DNA from: Trichoplax adhaerens
Taxonomy: Eukaryota; Animalia; Placozoa
Direction of reading: 5' to 3'
Assembly: GCF_000150275.1 (NCBI RefSeq)
Contig: NW_002060951.1
Location: 2,242,297-2,306,296, forward strand
Length of the DNA stretch: 64,000 nt
Under the pieces are notes generated by a model. The model was given only the letters and a program-made list of their open reading frames with translations. It ran no database searches and was not told the origin of the DNA. A program made the translations under genes and the position numbers. Shown piece by piece: positions 39,169 to 54,200 of this stretch. Within the stretch, counting starts at the first letter, position 1; each line of letters starts with the position of its first letter.

Positions 39169-42100
39169 ATGCCGAATACCGACATGGAAGAGCCGATGCA
39201 AGAACCAGATGAAACAAAGCCTAGCCTCACTCGAGCCTTAAGTATATCAGACGTATACCAAGTTGCTGCTGATATCGGCCGTGACTTTGAGACTATAGCC
39301 CAAAAATATGGCCAGGACATAATTTTTGATTTAATGCCTAAAGTCATAGGAACGTTGGAAAATATGGAAAAACTTGTGAATCAACAAAGTTCCGAACATA
39401 AACTCATTGAGCAATTAAATGTAGAAAATGATAGATTAAAATTTGAACATAAAAAGGAATTATCTAATAGAAAGAAAGTTGAAGATGTAAGTACCATTTC
39501 ACTATTAATTTGCCATTTTAATATCAATCTAAGCGTAAGACGAGAGAACACAGCAGCCTTATGTAGCAAATACACAGTATTGTCAACAAATGGTATTATG
39601 ATACCAAACATCGGATCAATAAAGTAGACCAAGCCCATTCCAAAAATGCAGGGTACTTTGAGGTTAAAGATAGGAATTAAAGCCAACGCACGTCTTTTAC
39701 TTGAAATATGATAATACCTATACGATTATCCTAGTTTGAGACATTGTAAACTAGCACCAGATGTAGATATTAGTGTAATCAAAACATTAATAAGGCCGTT
39801 GGTTCATGCCTAAGGCCAAATATTAAACCATATTTGATGACGAAACGGATAAAACTCTAATTAAACATTCGTATGACTGTATCCATCGAGCTTAAGCTTC
39901 ATTCAAACTGTTATTAATTAGTTGCACCATACATATATTAGATATGCCACCGTTTTCATTTATAGTTTGCATCAACAGTACTTTTATCTGTTACAGTAGT
40001 CGTAATCTTTCATTTCTGATTCCTCGTAATTACCATCCGGATTAGTTCTAGATCATGATTTTTTAAAATATAACTGATAGCCAGCCATCACGGAAATATG
40101 CTATTTAGCCAGTATAACGCAGACATCAGTGAAGCGATAATGTATTTGCAGATAATACACATGCACCAGCGACAGTAATACTGACTGAATTAAAGAATAC
40201 GTTTACTATATTTTTATTGCTATGGTATAATAACGTTATGAGTACATTAGTTTGATATAAGTAGCGTTATGATCGTGTTCAATTGTAATTATTATTAGTT
40301 CATATAAAATAGACACTTGCATTAAAATGTAATGTAGGATATCAAAGTTATTATCCTAGATTTGTTTCATACTACAGAATATAGAGAGTAATATATAATT
40401 GGAATGAGAAGAGATAGATATTAGAATCTTATCATACCGTTAAAAAGAACCCTCAGTTAGATAATTAAATATTCAATATTATTTGTGAATCTTAATCTAA
40501 ATAAGATCCTTTTAGCTTAACATGAATATCTTTCATTAATGCAATAACTTAGCAAGCACTTTGCAATTGAACAACGTAGTGATGAAAAATTATGATTTTT
40601 AAGAACATCAATAATTTAAAGCATTCCAAAATAATGTAAATTAAATTAATCTGCCTATCGCTGCAATATTTCATTTTCGAATTTCTGTTACATGATATTA
40701 TAGAATTAGATAGACAAAAATATCACTAATGGCGCCTTTAATTAAACGTGTATGCCTTACAATACTTTATTTAGCACTGCAATGAAATCGAAATTTTAAG
40801 TATTAATCTAGAATAATAATTAACGCTATAGATCTCTTTTATTTTACTTGATGTAAAAATGTATATAATAATCCCAATCTTTTATTAAGGAGAGTGTACC
40901 GTAATTAGTAACATACGCTTCATTCTCAACAAAGCAAGCGGTATTGAATGATTATTCGAAATAAAAGATTTACCGGTACGGAAGTACCTAGTAAGTTCAT
41001 ATATTATATTTTATAACCAGTTTTAGCTTTGTAATTAATTTTATTTTGCACATCTATGAGATATTTCGGACTTCTGCATATAATTCAGGATGTGAAAGGA
41101 CATTAAGATTTACAACCGCGTAAAATCACATGATAAAATGTTTTCTGTTCAAAAAAATTTATCGGAGACTTACTCTATGTTATTTAATGTAACACAAATA
41201 AAATTGTTGGTAATGAATGGCCATATTTTACAATACGACATAATGACCAAGTGTCATACATGAGTTACGTAACTACGCTATAATAATATTTTCAATGCCC
41301 TATTTCACCACCGTACGGTACTTGCACAAGCGGTAGTTCAATGGTTTCAAAATTGCTTACTAATTAATGTATAGTATTGGCATAAAAATGGCTCACTAGC
41401 TTCTATAAATTAATTAATCATTATTTACGAATAACTTCTTAAATGATAATTTACAATTAGTCAAGACTATTGCAGTAATGCATTTGTCTTTATCTTTAAT
41501 ATTTAAAACTTTATATTTTTCTTCCGAAATGAATTTATTTGGTACCTTAAAAGATTTTAAGATGAATTGATGCAGTAAATTTTATGAGAATTCATAGGGC
41601 GTCAGTAGTTTATCAATTTTCTTCAAATGTAGAATATTATCATCTACCGTATAACTCCAAAAGTATACACGTAGGTCTTATACCTTATTTAATGTCCGGT
41701 GTAGGTTAAAAACATATGTCGGCAATAGAGATTGGATACTGGCTTAGTCAAGATTCTATGAAGTCTATATTGTTGTCTGATAGTAATCATAACTTAGGTT
41801 TATACAGCAACAATTGAGATTTAATAAAATTCTAAATTAAGGGCAATCGTAAGAAATGACCAAATGACATCTTATGCAACTTATCCTCCCAGTTTTGTTA
41901 TGGAATATCTACCATACAAAATTTATTTACTCTAATATCGTCGTGTATCCGTGTCATTTTCTAAAGGGCTTGCTTAAAATTTTTAAGAAATTGGATGACA
42001 GTTATATAAATCCTAAATCTTAAGATCGCATAAGGATTATGGAAACTAATGAATTCTACCACAATTCTCGCGGATTTCTAAGCAGATAATTAAACGAGCA

Positions 42101-45100
42101 AAGGATGTTTGGGTTTTAACATCTATTAGAAACTTTTGTTTTATTATAATTTCTCAATATAAATATTTTACTCTATGGTTCCAAGATAGTAACATATCGT
42201 TGCATTGTTTTATTATGAAAGAAATTTACCGATTGATTGCGTTGTGATTTGGAAATTGTGGTTATTTATGACTATCTTAAGAAGAAATAGAGTATAGCGA
42301 TCACCGTAAATAACGAATTACCATATTGTTACACTTATTGAATATCATTAAGAGAAAAAATCGCTACTATGTGTACATAAGAGGGCTTTAAACTTATACT
42401 ATTTCCAACGTTTATGATTCAGGAACTTCTCCAGCAACAGCAACTTAGGTTAAAAGACGCTGAGGTCTTACGTGATAAAATTGCAAGTCTGATTAGCGAT
42501 AATAAGCGTCTTAATGAGAAACTTGTAGACATGAAGAAAGAAGGATACCAAGCTGAGGCTAGCAGAGGTAAATCTAGTCTAGTGACATTATCCCATGATA
42601 TCTAGCCAACAGAATACGCAAACAAATACACCTGAATTCATCCACTTTATCTGTCATAGGCTAAATTTCGTAAGAATGACAACTCTTTAACATGTTACTA
42701 TATGGAATAACAAACTAGACGACTGAAAAATGCAGACTAAATAATACATTATCATAGTCTAATTGATTATTGGATAAATTAAAGGGATATTACCTTATGT
42801 TTATTTCTCATTCTTTTATAATAGCTGCAGTGGATGAAGTTACTCTTCAGAGATTAAAAAGTGTCATTGAAAAACAAAAAGATATTATTAGAACAAAAGA
42901 GAAAGAACTGACTCGTTTAAAGGAGGAATTGGAAGTTGTGAGTTCTTCACTATTCGTATATCCAAATTATATTACGGTAGAGTATAAGTATTAGATGAAG
43001 ACCCTAGTTTTTCGACAGCATCCTAAATCTACAAGGAATATTAAGTATGCAAATATCAATAAATTACTTTATCAAATCCATATTCATATTCTTTGCAGAC
43101 TCAATCACAAGGAGACCAAGTATTGCAACTCAATCAAGAGCTTCGTAAACGGTGCGATGAGCTACAGGAGCGTGTGGAAACACTAAAAGTTAAAAAACAT
43201 AGTATGAAAGAGCAAGTAGCTGAGATCACACAAAAAATGTCTGCTGCAATATTATCACACGAAAAATGGGAGAATGAACAAGAAAATGAAAAAATTATTA
43301 GCACAAGGAAAGAGAGTGAAGGTTCATCTCCTGAATGTGAAAAGGTAAAACACATTTCTATCGCTTGTTACTTAACTTTGATAAGCTGCGAACAGAAAGT
43401 TTAAAAAATATCTATCCCATGGTATGAATGACCAATTTTTTTACATAATCGTTAAGCTCTAGCAATATTTAGGTTACTTTAGCTTCAATTCCAGCTAAAT
43501 ACTTCTTGTTCATTACTCGTTATAGTATTCGTGGTCAGGGTCTGATATTGACACACCAAGCAACGATATTAACCACATTATCAAGCAACGTGATCACTAT
43601 AAATCTATGGTCGCAGATATAAGCATTGAACTAGAAGATTTAAGGCAAAAATTAATTCGATCAGAATCAGAGTAAGCAATTATCTAATCATGGTCTTATT
43701 CATTAAATACAATAAATTATACTGAATATCAGCCTTGTATTCGTATACTAAAGGATGTATATTAATCTATAACATTTAGTTGAAGGCTGACATTTTATTG
43801 GATCTATCATAAATCAGTAGGCAAGATATCAACTATTTTTTACGTATAATTTAGGTTAAATTTACTGAAACTCCGATTTTCAACACCTTCCAATCGCAAA
43901 TCTACTGAATATATCAAGGCTAATCAGAGCGGAGGAATTCGAGGATTGTACGTAGTAATAATTGCTGATTTTACTACTACTGATAATCGTGTACGTAGTT
44001 TATTTCTACTTCTGCAGCAGTGCTCAGACTAATCTTAAAAAGTCTTAGGCATACGAGTATATTGATAGATCTGTGAGGTGCTACAGTATATGAGCTACTA
44101 TAGCAATAGTCTCGTGTGCTTGTTATGCTTTTAAATGTGTTAATATATATATACACTTACTGATCAGTGTTCTTTAGTAAATGCATCATAATAATCAAGT
44201 GATAAATATAAAGGTATAAATTAACATTTATGCTATAGCAAGATACGTTTAAATTATATATAGATAGTATGAATAGTTATAAAGCTATCTAGAATTAGTA
44301 AATGGAGCAAGATGCAGTATAATTGCAAAGTTAATGGGCATGGTTAATTATTATACCGTGAAGTTTTTGAGTTTAACTACACCTTTGGCTAAAAATTTGA
44401 TATTTGAATATAATTATAACTATAGCTGTAAAGATACATGTTAAGCTAAGTTAATAATCTTAAATTGATAGCTATAACTAGCTTCTTGGTATCAAGTTTT
44501 TAGTACGCAAATTTAACTAATGATATCGCACTTTAGTTTTAAGATGTTTAATGCTAAACATCAAACGGAAATCTCAGAAGGCAACAAAAGCTCAGAAGTT
44601 ATTAGCCACAGCAATCAAAACAGTCAAAAATCTTCTCCTATCATTATGAAACGTCACTTTGCCTCGCCAGCTACCAGACAATCTACACCGAACCTAGCGT
44701 CTGAGTCTAAACCTCGCCGATTTAGTTTTGACCGAAGTGTATTTTCATTACGTTCTTCTCCAAGAGCAACGAAAAAACAGTCTGACGAAGCAGTGATAAT
44801 TGGTGATGGTAATCCTAATAGCAACAAAAACGGCAGTAAGCCATCAAGCAAAAAGTCTATAAAGAGCTTAAGTACAGTTAGTGTAAATCAACCTTCTACT
44901 AGTAAACCGAAGATGACAAGATCAACTTCAATAGAACATTATATGTCGAAATTTGGGCATCGAAAATTAACTCGTCAAGATGCGTCTGATTTAATGAACC
45001 CTAATGCAGATTTCGAAGATAATACCCAATCAAGTCGTCAGATGCGATACGAATCGATGCAACTTATTGCACAATCTTTTGATAACGATTCTATTGTTAT

Positions 45101-45185
45101 ATCGCACTTCGATAGTAATTCAAACAGCAGCAATGAAAATCAAGACATTCAAGATAAGAGCGGTTGCAGTCCATCAAGTCTGTGA
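39169..45185 (+). CDS. RILPL1: RILP-like protein (RH1, coiled coil, RH2-like), 7 coding exons, with a long Ser-rich C-terminal tail
   Basis: The RH1 domain reads SISDVYQVAADIGRDFETIAQKYG..LMPKVIGTLENMEKL. It is followed by LQRLKSVIEKQKDIIR, the RH2-like INHIIKQRDHYKSMVADISIELEDL (exon from about 43526), and SGGIRGFFKMF, which resembles RILPL1 SGIKRLFSFF. Orthology within RILP/RILPL1/RILPL2 is not resolved. Confidence 0.8.
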
Positions 45186-47616
45186 ATTATGGCTTTAGTG
45201 AGCGAAACTAAAATCAAATTAGGCCGCATGTTTTATATATCATTAATTTTGTATACGGTACTCAGTAAAAATGGCTACTGAATTTCTTCGGTGGTCTGTA
45301 CTTGTAATCATATCAGCGAGGACACTTGCAATTCAAATTACCGTATTATAGTGTTTGCAGAGCGTTCATGTATTGTTTGTAATATGCACATAGCGAAAAC
45401 GCTTTCGATGCCTTCAGTGCAATTCTATTATTACATTAGTAGATTAACATTGGCTATTATAACCAGAACGAATGATCACGTAATAGGTAATCATCGCCTA
45501 ATCTGAAAAATCTTATGCTAAGACTAGCCAAGACTATGAAATTTGTCACATTAATTAATATGGCAAATTAGATTTGAACAGTAATTAAATATTCATGGAT
45601 GAAATATCAAAAGCTGGAATAATACTTTTATAAAATGTAAAATCTATACGATTTTTAGTTCTAGAGTTTAAAATTTATGGCTGGCGTAACAATAATGCAG
45701 CTTATAGTTGAATGTATTTATCAATTCGTGTATCTCAGCTTTTATAAAAATAAGAATGCCGATACATCTTCATCTTTTCACGGCAGTCGTCCTGTTGATA
45801 AAACGAGATTTTGCGCATTCATATATGCCTGTTATTATAAAAGCACTTTTCTAAATGTTTATAAATTGGAAATATAATTTATGTATCGGCTAGAGTTTGC
45901 TGAGCAAACCTAGTGTAAAGTTATACTCTACGGAATTAGTGATATCTATTCTTTACTTTGGGTGTTTGTGTAACGAAGTCGATGTACCGTCTTTAAAATG
46001 TTACGAATGTCTAGTGCTATTTATTTAATATCGTTTTCTTAGGAAATGTTTGTTTATTATTTGTATAAAATAGCTATCACAGCTTAATAAATTATCACTT
46101 TAATAGCACTTTAGTTAGAAAAGATTTATAATAATTACGTATTTAGTAAAATGTAAACGTATACCACAATTTCACTATCTTGGAGAAGATTTGACAGTGC
46201 AATAGTTCAGTGAAATATTCACAATAACAACTGCAAATAGGCTTTCCTTTTTCAAATTGTTGCCAATATCAATTTGATAATTAGTGACGCTGTCGTTACA
46301 ACGATTACAGCGCATGATTACACTGCTTTCGGTAAGATGATTATTTGGAAAGTTGGGATTGTATTGATATTTTATCTGCTCTCAGCACATATTTGTATTA
46401 TATTCGAAAGTTTCTTTTGTAGATTAGGCCAGAGACAGTTTTAGAATGCAATTTTGATATGTTCTCCATATGACTTACGGCAGCTTTAGCTTTGTAGTCC
46501 ATCTGTGAGACCTACCGCTAAATCATTTGTAATAGTTAACTTGGGTCAATCAAATTTTTGTACTATGTAGCAATATTTTCCACCTGATCGCCTAGTATTA
46601 TTAATTTGAGTTCAAAAGGTATTAAAGCAGATATCCAATACTTTAAATAATCAATATAAGAAATATTTAAATGTGTCGAATAACCTATCTTTAGAATACC
46701 TTCATTGGTAAGGTATTAGTTCGACATACGATTTAGCAAGGCGATGATGATGGTCCTGGCACTATAGTCTGGCACAATAGTTAATTAATCAAAGAATAAT
46801 CACTGGATTTCTTAAGATGAACTTCGCTCTAATTGGATTGCTATTTGGCTCATTTGTTTCGCTACATTATGTTATTGCTTAGTCAAGGATATTGCTACTT
46901 TAGCTCCTACAGCAACGAAGCAGTAGTTAGCAGTTAGTGAGGATCTCAGGATGAATTTCATTTACATGGGTATTCGATAAATCCTGTTTTGCTATAATGT
47001 AATACTATTTAGTACCCTAGCTACTTTAAGAATTTCAATTCTATATAAAGTGATGCAGAAGATGGAGTTAATCAATTAAATCATTAAAATATTTGATTTT
47101 TATCCATTCCAAATAAGATTTAATAGAACATTAAAAGATTTTCTGGTAATTTATGTAACCATTTCGCTAGACATGGATATAATGGATATACACTTTATGT
47201 TGTACAAAATAGTGTTATCACCATCTACACAGTAAATATAAAACGTGCTAATTAGAACAAAATTCAAATACTATTTATAAAATATATGGATACTTGTATA
47301 ACCACATATACAGTCTGACTAGTCATGGTTCAATCTATACGCGTATTTCTGTCATGCTACTCTGGATCATTTTCTGCACACGAATGTTATAAGCGATGTT
47401 TTGTTGAAATTTTAACATATCTGTATAACTAAAGTGATATGTATATTGTACAGGATCAATTCTGATTCAATTTCGGCGTATGCTAGTCAGTATACTTGTC
47501 AAAATTTAGGGAAGAGATATATGACTCAAATTGTAAATGTCATATAAAAATTTTTTAATCGTTTTGTATCTAAGAAGCGGCAATACAACACAATTAGGTC
47601 AATTTCTAGTTGATCA

Positions 47617-48417
47617 TCATTTAGCATTTATCTTTTTCCATTGCTCTTCAGTATAAGTCTTTTGCGAGAAGGCATGTATAGATTTTAATTCTTCTTCCAA
47701 GCAAGCATTAACCAATCTGTAAGAGTCAGAAAATATAGTCTTGGAGCTAGAAATCGATGCTATTTAAGAAATTAAGTTGTATTTTGCTAACAAAATTAGC
47801 ATTCCGATCGATTAAGTTCATTAATAGTACATACTGAACTGTACACTGTACAGCATACGTATACAAAAAATGATAAATTAACCAACTACGATCTTTACTA
47901 GCAATTGCTTCCTCCTTAATTATCGTAAAATGCGAGGATTAAACTATAGTATAAGGTTGTGTTGATTTCTAGTTGAAAGGATTTTCAGCTAGACGGTGAA
48001 TGTTACAATGTATCATTATGTGAATAACTTAATATGCTGAATTATCGTCAAAGTAGTTTCTACTATACTTATATTACTTAACATTTATAAGGTACTGTAC
48101 CTATGTCGTTGCAATAGCGGTTTTCCTTCAAATTTTTCCGAAACAATAATCACAGAGTAACTCGATCCACAGCCTCCAGAAATATCTTCTACTTTCTAAA
48201 CACATTTTTATAATCAATGCTTAGTCAGCGGTTACAAATTACTTCCAATACCACACAATTACTAGTAGCACAGGATACACGATGCACATGAACACTTTAA
48301 CGTTTAAATATGTTCATGTGTAAATATTATAACAGATATAGTAAGTTATCTTACCACAAAAGAAGCATTTAATTCGTTTTTCAACTTATTTTCTATAGTA
48401 TCTGCTGAAACTGACAT
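47617..48417 (-). CDS. BOLA2: BolA-like protein 2 (cytosolic Fe-S trafficking), 3 exons, about 85 aa
   Basis: MSVSADTIENKLKNELNASFV|KVEDISGGCGSSYSVIIVSEKFEGKPLLQRHR|LVNACLEEELKSIHAFSQKTYTEEQW. FEGKPLLQRHRLVNACL is the BOLA2 signature, and there is no mitochondrial presequence. Confidence 0.93.
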
Positions 48418-48459
48418 AATTTCTTAAATAAGAATAATTTATCAATCTTCAAAAGTTAT

Positions 48460-48755
48460 CTACTGTACCAGATGATGGACTACTAGATACTGTACAGTAC
48501 ATCTGAACTCTGTACCTGGCTGTACAGTATGTACAGTACACTGTACTGTACACCTGTCGATGGTTAGAGCTCTTTGCAGTACTGTACTGTACTGTAATAC
48601 AGTACAGTATACTGGAGCAGACCAGACCATGAAGACCTCTAACAGTACAGTACAGTACAGTGTAGGGTTACAATACACTACTGTACAGTACAGTCAAGCG
48701 ATCCCTTGTTAGTTTTGTACCGTGTACAGTGTACAGTGTACAGTACTGTACTGTG
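48460..48755. repeat. TACAG/TACTG array filling the BOLA2/MRPL50 bidirectional promoter
   Basis: Dense tactg, tacag and tacagtg units occupy the 444 bp between the ATGs at 48417(-) and 48862(+). Confidence 0.9.
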
Positions 48756-48861
48756 CTCCATCTAAAGTAATTTGCACCGTGAGTGGCATGGCATAGGCCT
48801 AAAGGAAAAAATCATTTGCTTTACCCCTGCTAAGTCTACAGATCCAACAGGAATAGATGAA

Positions 48862-49688
48862 ATGATGGCTTTCTCTTATGGGTGCAAAGTAGCTGCAAGA
48901 AACTGGCCATCTTGCGTCTACTGTAGTTATCGAAGCCTGACTAATAGCAGCCCTATGCATAGAATTTTTGGTAGGAGTAAAGAAATTGCTACCGAAGAGA
49001 ATACTGGCTCGCAAAGACATATTGGAGTCCCTATGCAAGACGCTGTAGACATCAATGATTTTAATAATTCATCATCTCGACAAGATCGTAAAATTAAACC
49101 TTTGTTAGTTTTTAATTATAATATATAACTAGTTAAAATAGCAATAATATAACTATCTAAAGGTTATGGCATACTTTATTGTGTATTCTTTCATGTCATT
49201 AAGCTATCTTATGGTAATAACGGATTATGGGAATACGGATGCTTTTTCATTAATAGAGTTCTAAAGGAAGGATATATACCCCCACCGGACGTTGTTGCGC
49301 GCTTGAGAAAAATTGTGGAGAATACGTGTACAGTAGAATCTAGCCAATCTGATAACTGGAAAGAAATTAACTTAGATGATTTAGACATTAAGTTTCAAGT
49401 TTGTACTATTTTAATTAATTAATTCATCCTAATCTTTCAGTATTATTTTCCACCTTATCGATATAACCTTTACTGCTACACTAACATTCTACTTCGCTCG
49501 ACTTTTAACAGATTCTAACAAAATGCCAGGAAGAATTTCAGTTAATTGTACCCAATTTTAAGTTATCATCAATGAAAAGTGTTCGTGACGTATTAAAATT
49601 TTATAGAAAGCCTATCAAAGAAAGAAGAATATTTAACAACATCGACATGGATCGATTGCCTTCAAACTTAATTATTCAGGCTCGTTAA
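48862..49688 (+). CDS. MRPL50: Mitochondrial ribosomal protein L50 (mL50), 3 exons
   Basis: A presequence-like N-terminus is followed by GYIPPPDVVARL..NWKEINLDDLDIKFQIL..VPNFKLSSMKSVRDVLKFYRKPI..LPSNLII. This matches human MRPL50 (YTPPEDL..WQDISL..KF..VPNSRL..VRDVLDFY..LPPNL). Confidence 0.88.
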
Positions 49689-51256
49689 GAAATTGAACAT
49701 CCGCTAGTGTATTGTGCTCATGGTAATATTGCAAGTAACTGAGCTATGGTGAATTTAAAGCATAGCTATCATGCATGGCATGTCTGTACAAAAAGAATGA
49801 TTTACAATTTGCTGTAATACAAACCTGTGTAATCGATTAAACTTTCATTACCTTATGCATGGAGCTAGGTAAAATTGAAGGGAATATATAGTATGTAACG
49901 TTAGTTACTATATAAATTAAATTTTAAGTATTACGACACTGTATTATTTGTCTTTATATTCTTCATAATGATTTGCTAATAAATCAGCCTTTGCTATCTA
50001 CTTTGAAATATCGATATGTTGGTGGTTGTTGTTAGTATTTGATCTCTTAGAGAGTGACATTATTTCTTTACTAATAAAGAAAGCAATAGTGATACTAGTG
50101 CTGACGTTTCTGAGGATTAATTACTTAGCTAAGATCCTTATGCAATCAATACCTGAACCTGAAATGTGACGTTATCGCTATACTCTTTTGGAATCTGACT
50201 GTGTATTATATCATTTCTAATTAATCTACATAACAAAATAATAACGTAATTGCTTTATCATTCCACGATAGTGATTATACCGTACTTGCAAAACTAACAA
50301 TTATACATGTGTGAAACAAATCTTTACGAACGATAGCTTGAATACAAAATTGCTACCTTCAAAATTATAGTTGATATTTAACACCCAATTTGATATAAAA
50401 GTATTAGTAAGTTGCATATGTTAATAATTAGAAAATAAATATCACGAAAGTAAAGTTGACAATTTTCACTTATCTTCCGACTTTAATTTGCATTATACAG
50501 AGTATGATTGATATATGTCATCTTTCCTAATATATCTGTTAACATGAATTCCGTAATGGTTATGATATAATCACTTCAAGCGAAGACATCGCGTACAGTA
50601 TTATTTACATGGTAATACGATTTAAAATTATTGTAAATGCGAAAGAAAACCTATCGTTTAAATTAAATTAATGAAGTTATCATTCCTGCCAACAAAAAAA
50701 TTAATAACTTTTTTCAGTTATGGAAATCTATCAGTGGCCAAACCAGAGGAAAACACCGATCAGTGAATGACAACTTAAATACAGATTGCAAATCAGTAGT
50801 ACAAGCTTAGAATGTTATTAATTTATAACCTGTATATAACGAGTTACCAATGAACGGAAGCGATATTAAATTTTGGTTAGTAAAATTAGTGATTTTACTG
50901 ATTGTACCAATAACTACTGTATCATACACGTTCACAGTGATGTATCATCTTCAAGCAACGAATATCGAAATTTATTATTTCCTAATACTTTTCCTATTAA
51001 GAGATGAAGCATCACGTAATTGATCATTTTAATAAACACAAAAAATTTGTTCTTAAAAATACGTATCCGTATACAATTGCAAAATAATAGCTATAAAACG
51101 TAAATTTGCAATAACAAAACAGTATTATGAAAACAAAGTCATAACTCCGTCTCATTTTAACAAGCTATTTCATACATAATTCATGTATGATAACAGAATT
51201 CCGCAATTGTACAGTTTGAAAATTTGTTTTTGTCTTGTTTTCGGTATAGACGTATC

Positions 51257-54200
51257 TCACTGTCCGCTACTTGCAACTTTATTCGATCTATGACTATAAG
51301 TATTATCACCATGTCTTTTAGACAGTCCCCCTAAACAAGATAAAAGTAAAAACATTGTTGTGCAACTGGAGCTATCCAAGATCGACAATTCGCATCATGT
51401 TAGCTATGTAGCTGTTACTAGTTCTGACTTCAGAAATAACAATTAGTAAATATACTGAAAAGGTAAATAAAAATACCCGAAAATGATGATCCATATTTAC
51501 CTCTATGATACTCCTTCCGCCCTTTACTTAATTTATTGTCAGCATCTGCAAAAGAAAATTATCATTACAAGAAGTTAAATGTGAGTTCATAACTGTGAGT
51601 ATGTAACCGCAGTCTACCTCCATTTTCGGCATTATATTCATGATGATTTTCCTTCAAACTGTTTTTCCATCCTAAATTTAATATCAAATTATAGCAGGAT
51701 TGTGAAAATACCATATTAATAAATAAAGGAACGACTAAATTGCTATCGTAAAACTCGTAGGAATATGCATAAATATTGAATATAAGTTAAAATGTCTTTG
51801 CTGTAGAAATAGCAAAGATGCACGGATGATAATTAAATAACACAACAGAAAGAACAGCTGAGGGAAGTAATATATGAATGTTGAAATTTTATACCTGCGA
51901 ATAAGCTCTCACAGTACTTTTTATATCGAAAGAAATTAGATAATTCGTATTTTAATTTATCATGGATTAAGGTACTAAGGGTTATCAGAATAATGGTACT
52001 AATACTAAGTCTCTCTGTAATTATAGCAGTATCTATAATAGTAAATTATATAATCGTTACGATGTATCATAGCTAGATCTTTTTATTATTTGTTTACCTT
52101 GAAATAAATAATCGGCAGCTTCTTTATGCATAAATGAATTCGGTATAGATTTATTTTGATACGTTGTTTTTCCTTCACTGGAAAAATGGTTGTTGGAAAG
52201 TTGACTTGCTTTATTTTTGGCTAAAAAAATTTTATACAGCATGAGTTTAAACAAAATTCAAGTCTACGAATTATGCAAGCTTTTTAGGGACGACAAACCC
52301 ATTCTGCTAGATAAGAAATTGTTAGCTGCAAGAAAGGTAGTAAAATTTATTTATTGAATTTCAAGACCATCAAAGCCTATGCTTCTACTACATATAAAAA
52401 AGCGGTAGCATTGATATACGTATAGCTGTTTGCGCTATGAGTATAATCTCGATTATAACTTTATTTACCGTGAATCATTGCGTTGTCTTTTGCTGTTGTT
52501 TTGAGCTGCTTAACAGAATCATGAGTAGCTTCAAGGTTGCGATCTTCGCCACGGTTTTCGGCGACTTCTACTGATACTTTCGATAGCAGATCGGTACTAG
52601 CCTGCAGTAACTGGGATTCTGACGGTGGAAAGCCAAAGGGCGGTTCGTTGGTAATAGTCTGATGCCCTTCATCAGAACCTCGCGAGGTATTATCATCTAA
52701 ATTCTTCAATTCCTGATCTGTAATAATCTTAGGTGAAGAATCAACATTAGAAGATTTTCGTCCATCAATAATATTGCCTTCAAGGGTCATCTCTGAAGAA
52801 TTACTAGGTTCGACTTTAGGTAATCGTGAAGGAGATGGTGATGATGTACGGTGACTACCGTCGATACTGTTTTCTCTATGACCTCGATTTCCTCTTCCAC
52901 TCTTGCCACGTATCAAGTAATCATTCTTTCTTGTCTTATTTCTAGATTGTGAACGCTTATCAGGGGAGAATTTATGTTCATTACTCCCGCTACCATATGA
53001 TCTTCGATGACCTCTTTCGTCACGCTGTCTATCGCTGCTCTTACCAAATGGCTGACCGCTACTCGTAGTATGTTCAGTTGATCTAAGCCTCCAGTTATTT
53101 GGATCGCGCCAATTCTCGTTATTGCTTCTACTATTTTTACTACCACTGCTATTGACATTACCACTGTTACTGCTACTATTTGGATTAATTCTACTCTTAC
53201 TAGTAGAAAAACTGTTACCACTATCAGTACTATGATTATTTTTATTAGGATTACTATTAGAGTTACTACTACGTCGCTGGCTTTGATAGCTTTCTTCATC
53301 CATTTCTGACAATATGCGAGCTTGCTCTTTAATGCGCTCTATCTAGAAAATAACAACAATACGCCACTTTACAAGATTCTCTAGTAGCGTTAACAAGTCA
53401 CAGGAACGTAAAGCATTCAATATAAATAAATGCAAATGCAAACTGCAATATGCACCTCGATTTTAGTGTTTCTACATATAAGGATAACTTCATTTAGCCG
53501 CACTAACACATATGCACATTGCTAACTACCGCAAAACTATCACCAAATCTAGAAAATCTTTTCTAATGAGAAATATGTTAAGATTGCTCCATGTCACTCC
53601 TGTACCACTGTTAGACAAAATGGATACTAACGCATATTTTTAAGTAAGGCCAAACACTCACTATTGTTGAAACCTCAAATGATTGATTGACTAAGTTCTA
53701 AATACTTTCGCAGTTCATAAGCCCAACATTTCATGAGATATTATTTTGTACCCGCGGATTAATTACAATGGGATATAAAAATTAACTTCTGAAATCTCTA
53801 ACTTAATATTTATCATATCATTTTCAAATCGTTTTCATGCGTAGAAAGTGGACAAAATTTCGCTATTTTTACTATCAGCTGCTTTCAATAATTACTATTC
53901 TTATGATCCCTAAACGCCAGGCGCAATACACTTACTCTAACAGTTAGATAATTATAATAGCCGTTAAATTAACTATACAGTCTCGTTTCTTAAATTTCTG
54001 TACTAGTTTTCATGATAAGTAGTTGCTACCATAATAACCAGCTTACCGGTAGCACAGTACATTCATCATAATCTGGTCGTACTATAGTAATCCTGTAACT
54101 GTGAACGGTACCTTAGTAATTTTTAAGTTTAGCTAATCATATTAGCGAATCACTTAAATGTGACAATATCCATAAAATAATCAGATAAAATTAAAAATCG

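Noticed and set aside
46160-46510. Open frames with plausible splice sites on both strands between RILPL and BOLA2
   Set aside because: I could build no consistent multi-exon model and recognised no homology.
48286-48320. 10-bp hairpin in BOLA2 intron 1 and other short palindromes
   Set aside because: They are too short to distinguish from chance in AT-rich DNA.
52913-53299. Hydrophobic Val/Ile-rich 128-aa ORF
   Set aside because: It is an alternative frame of the Ser/Asn-rich exon (AGT/AAT codons shifted) and not an independent membrane protein.
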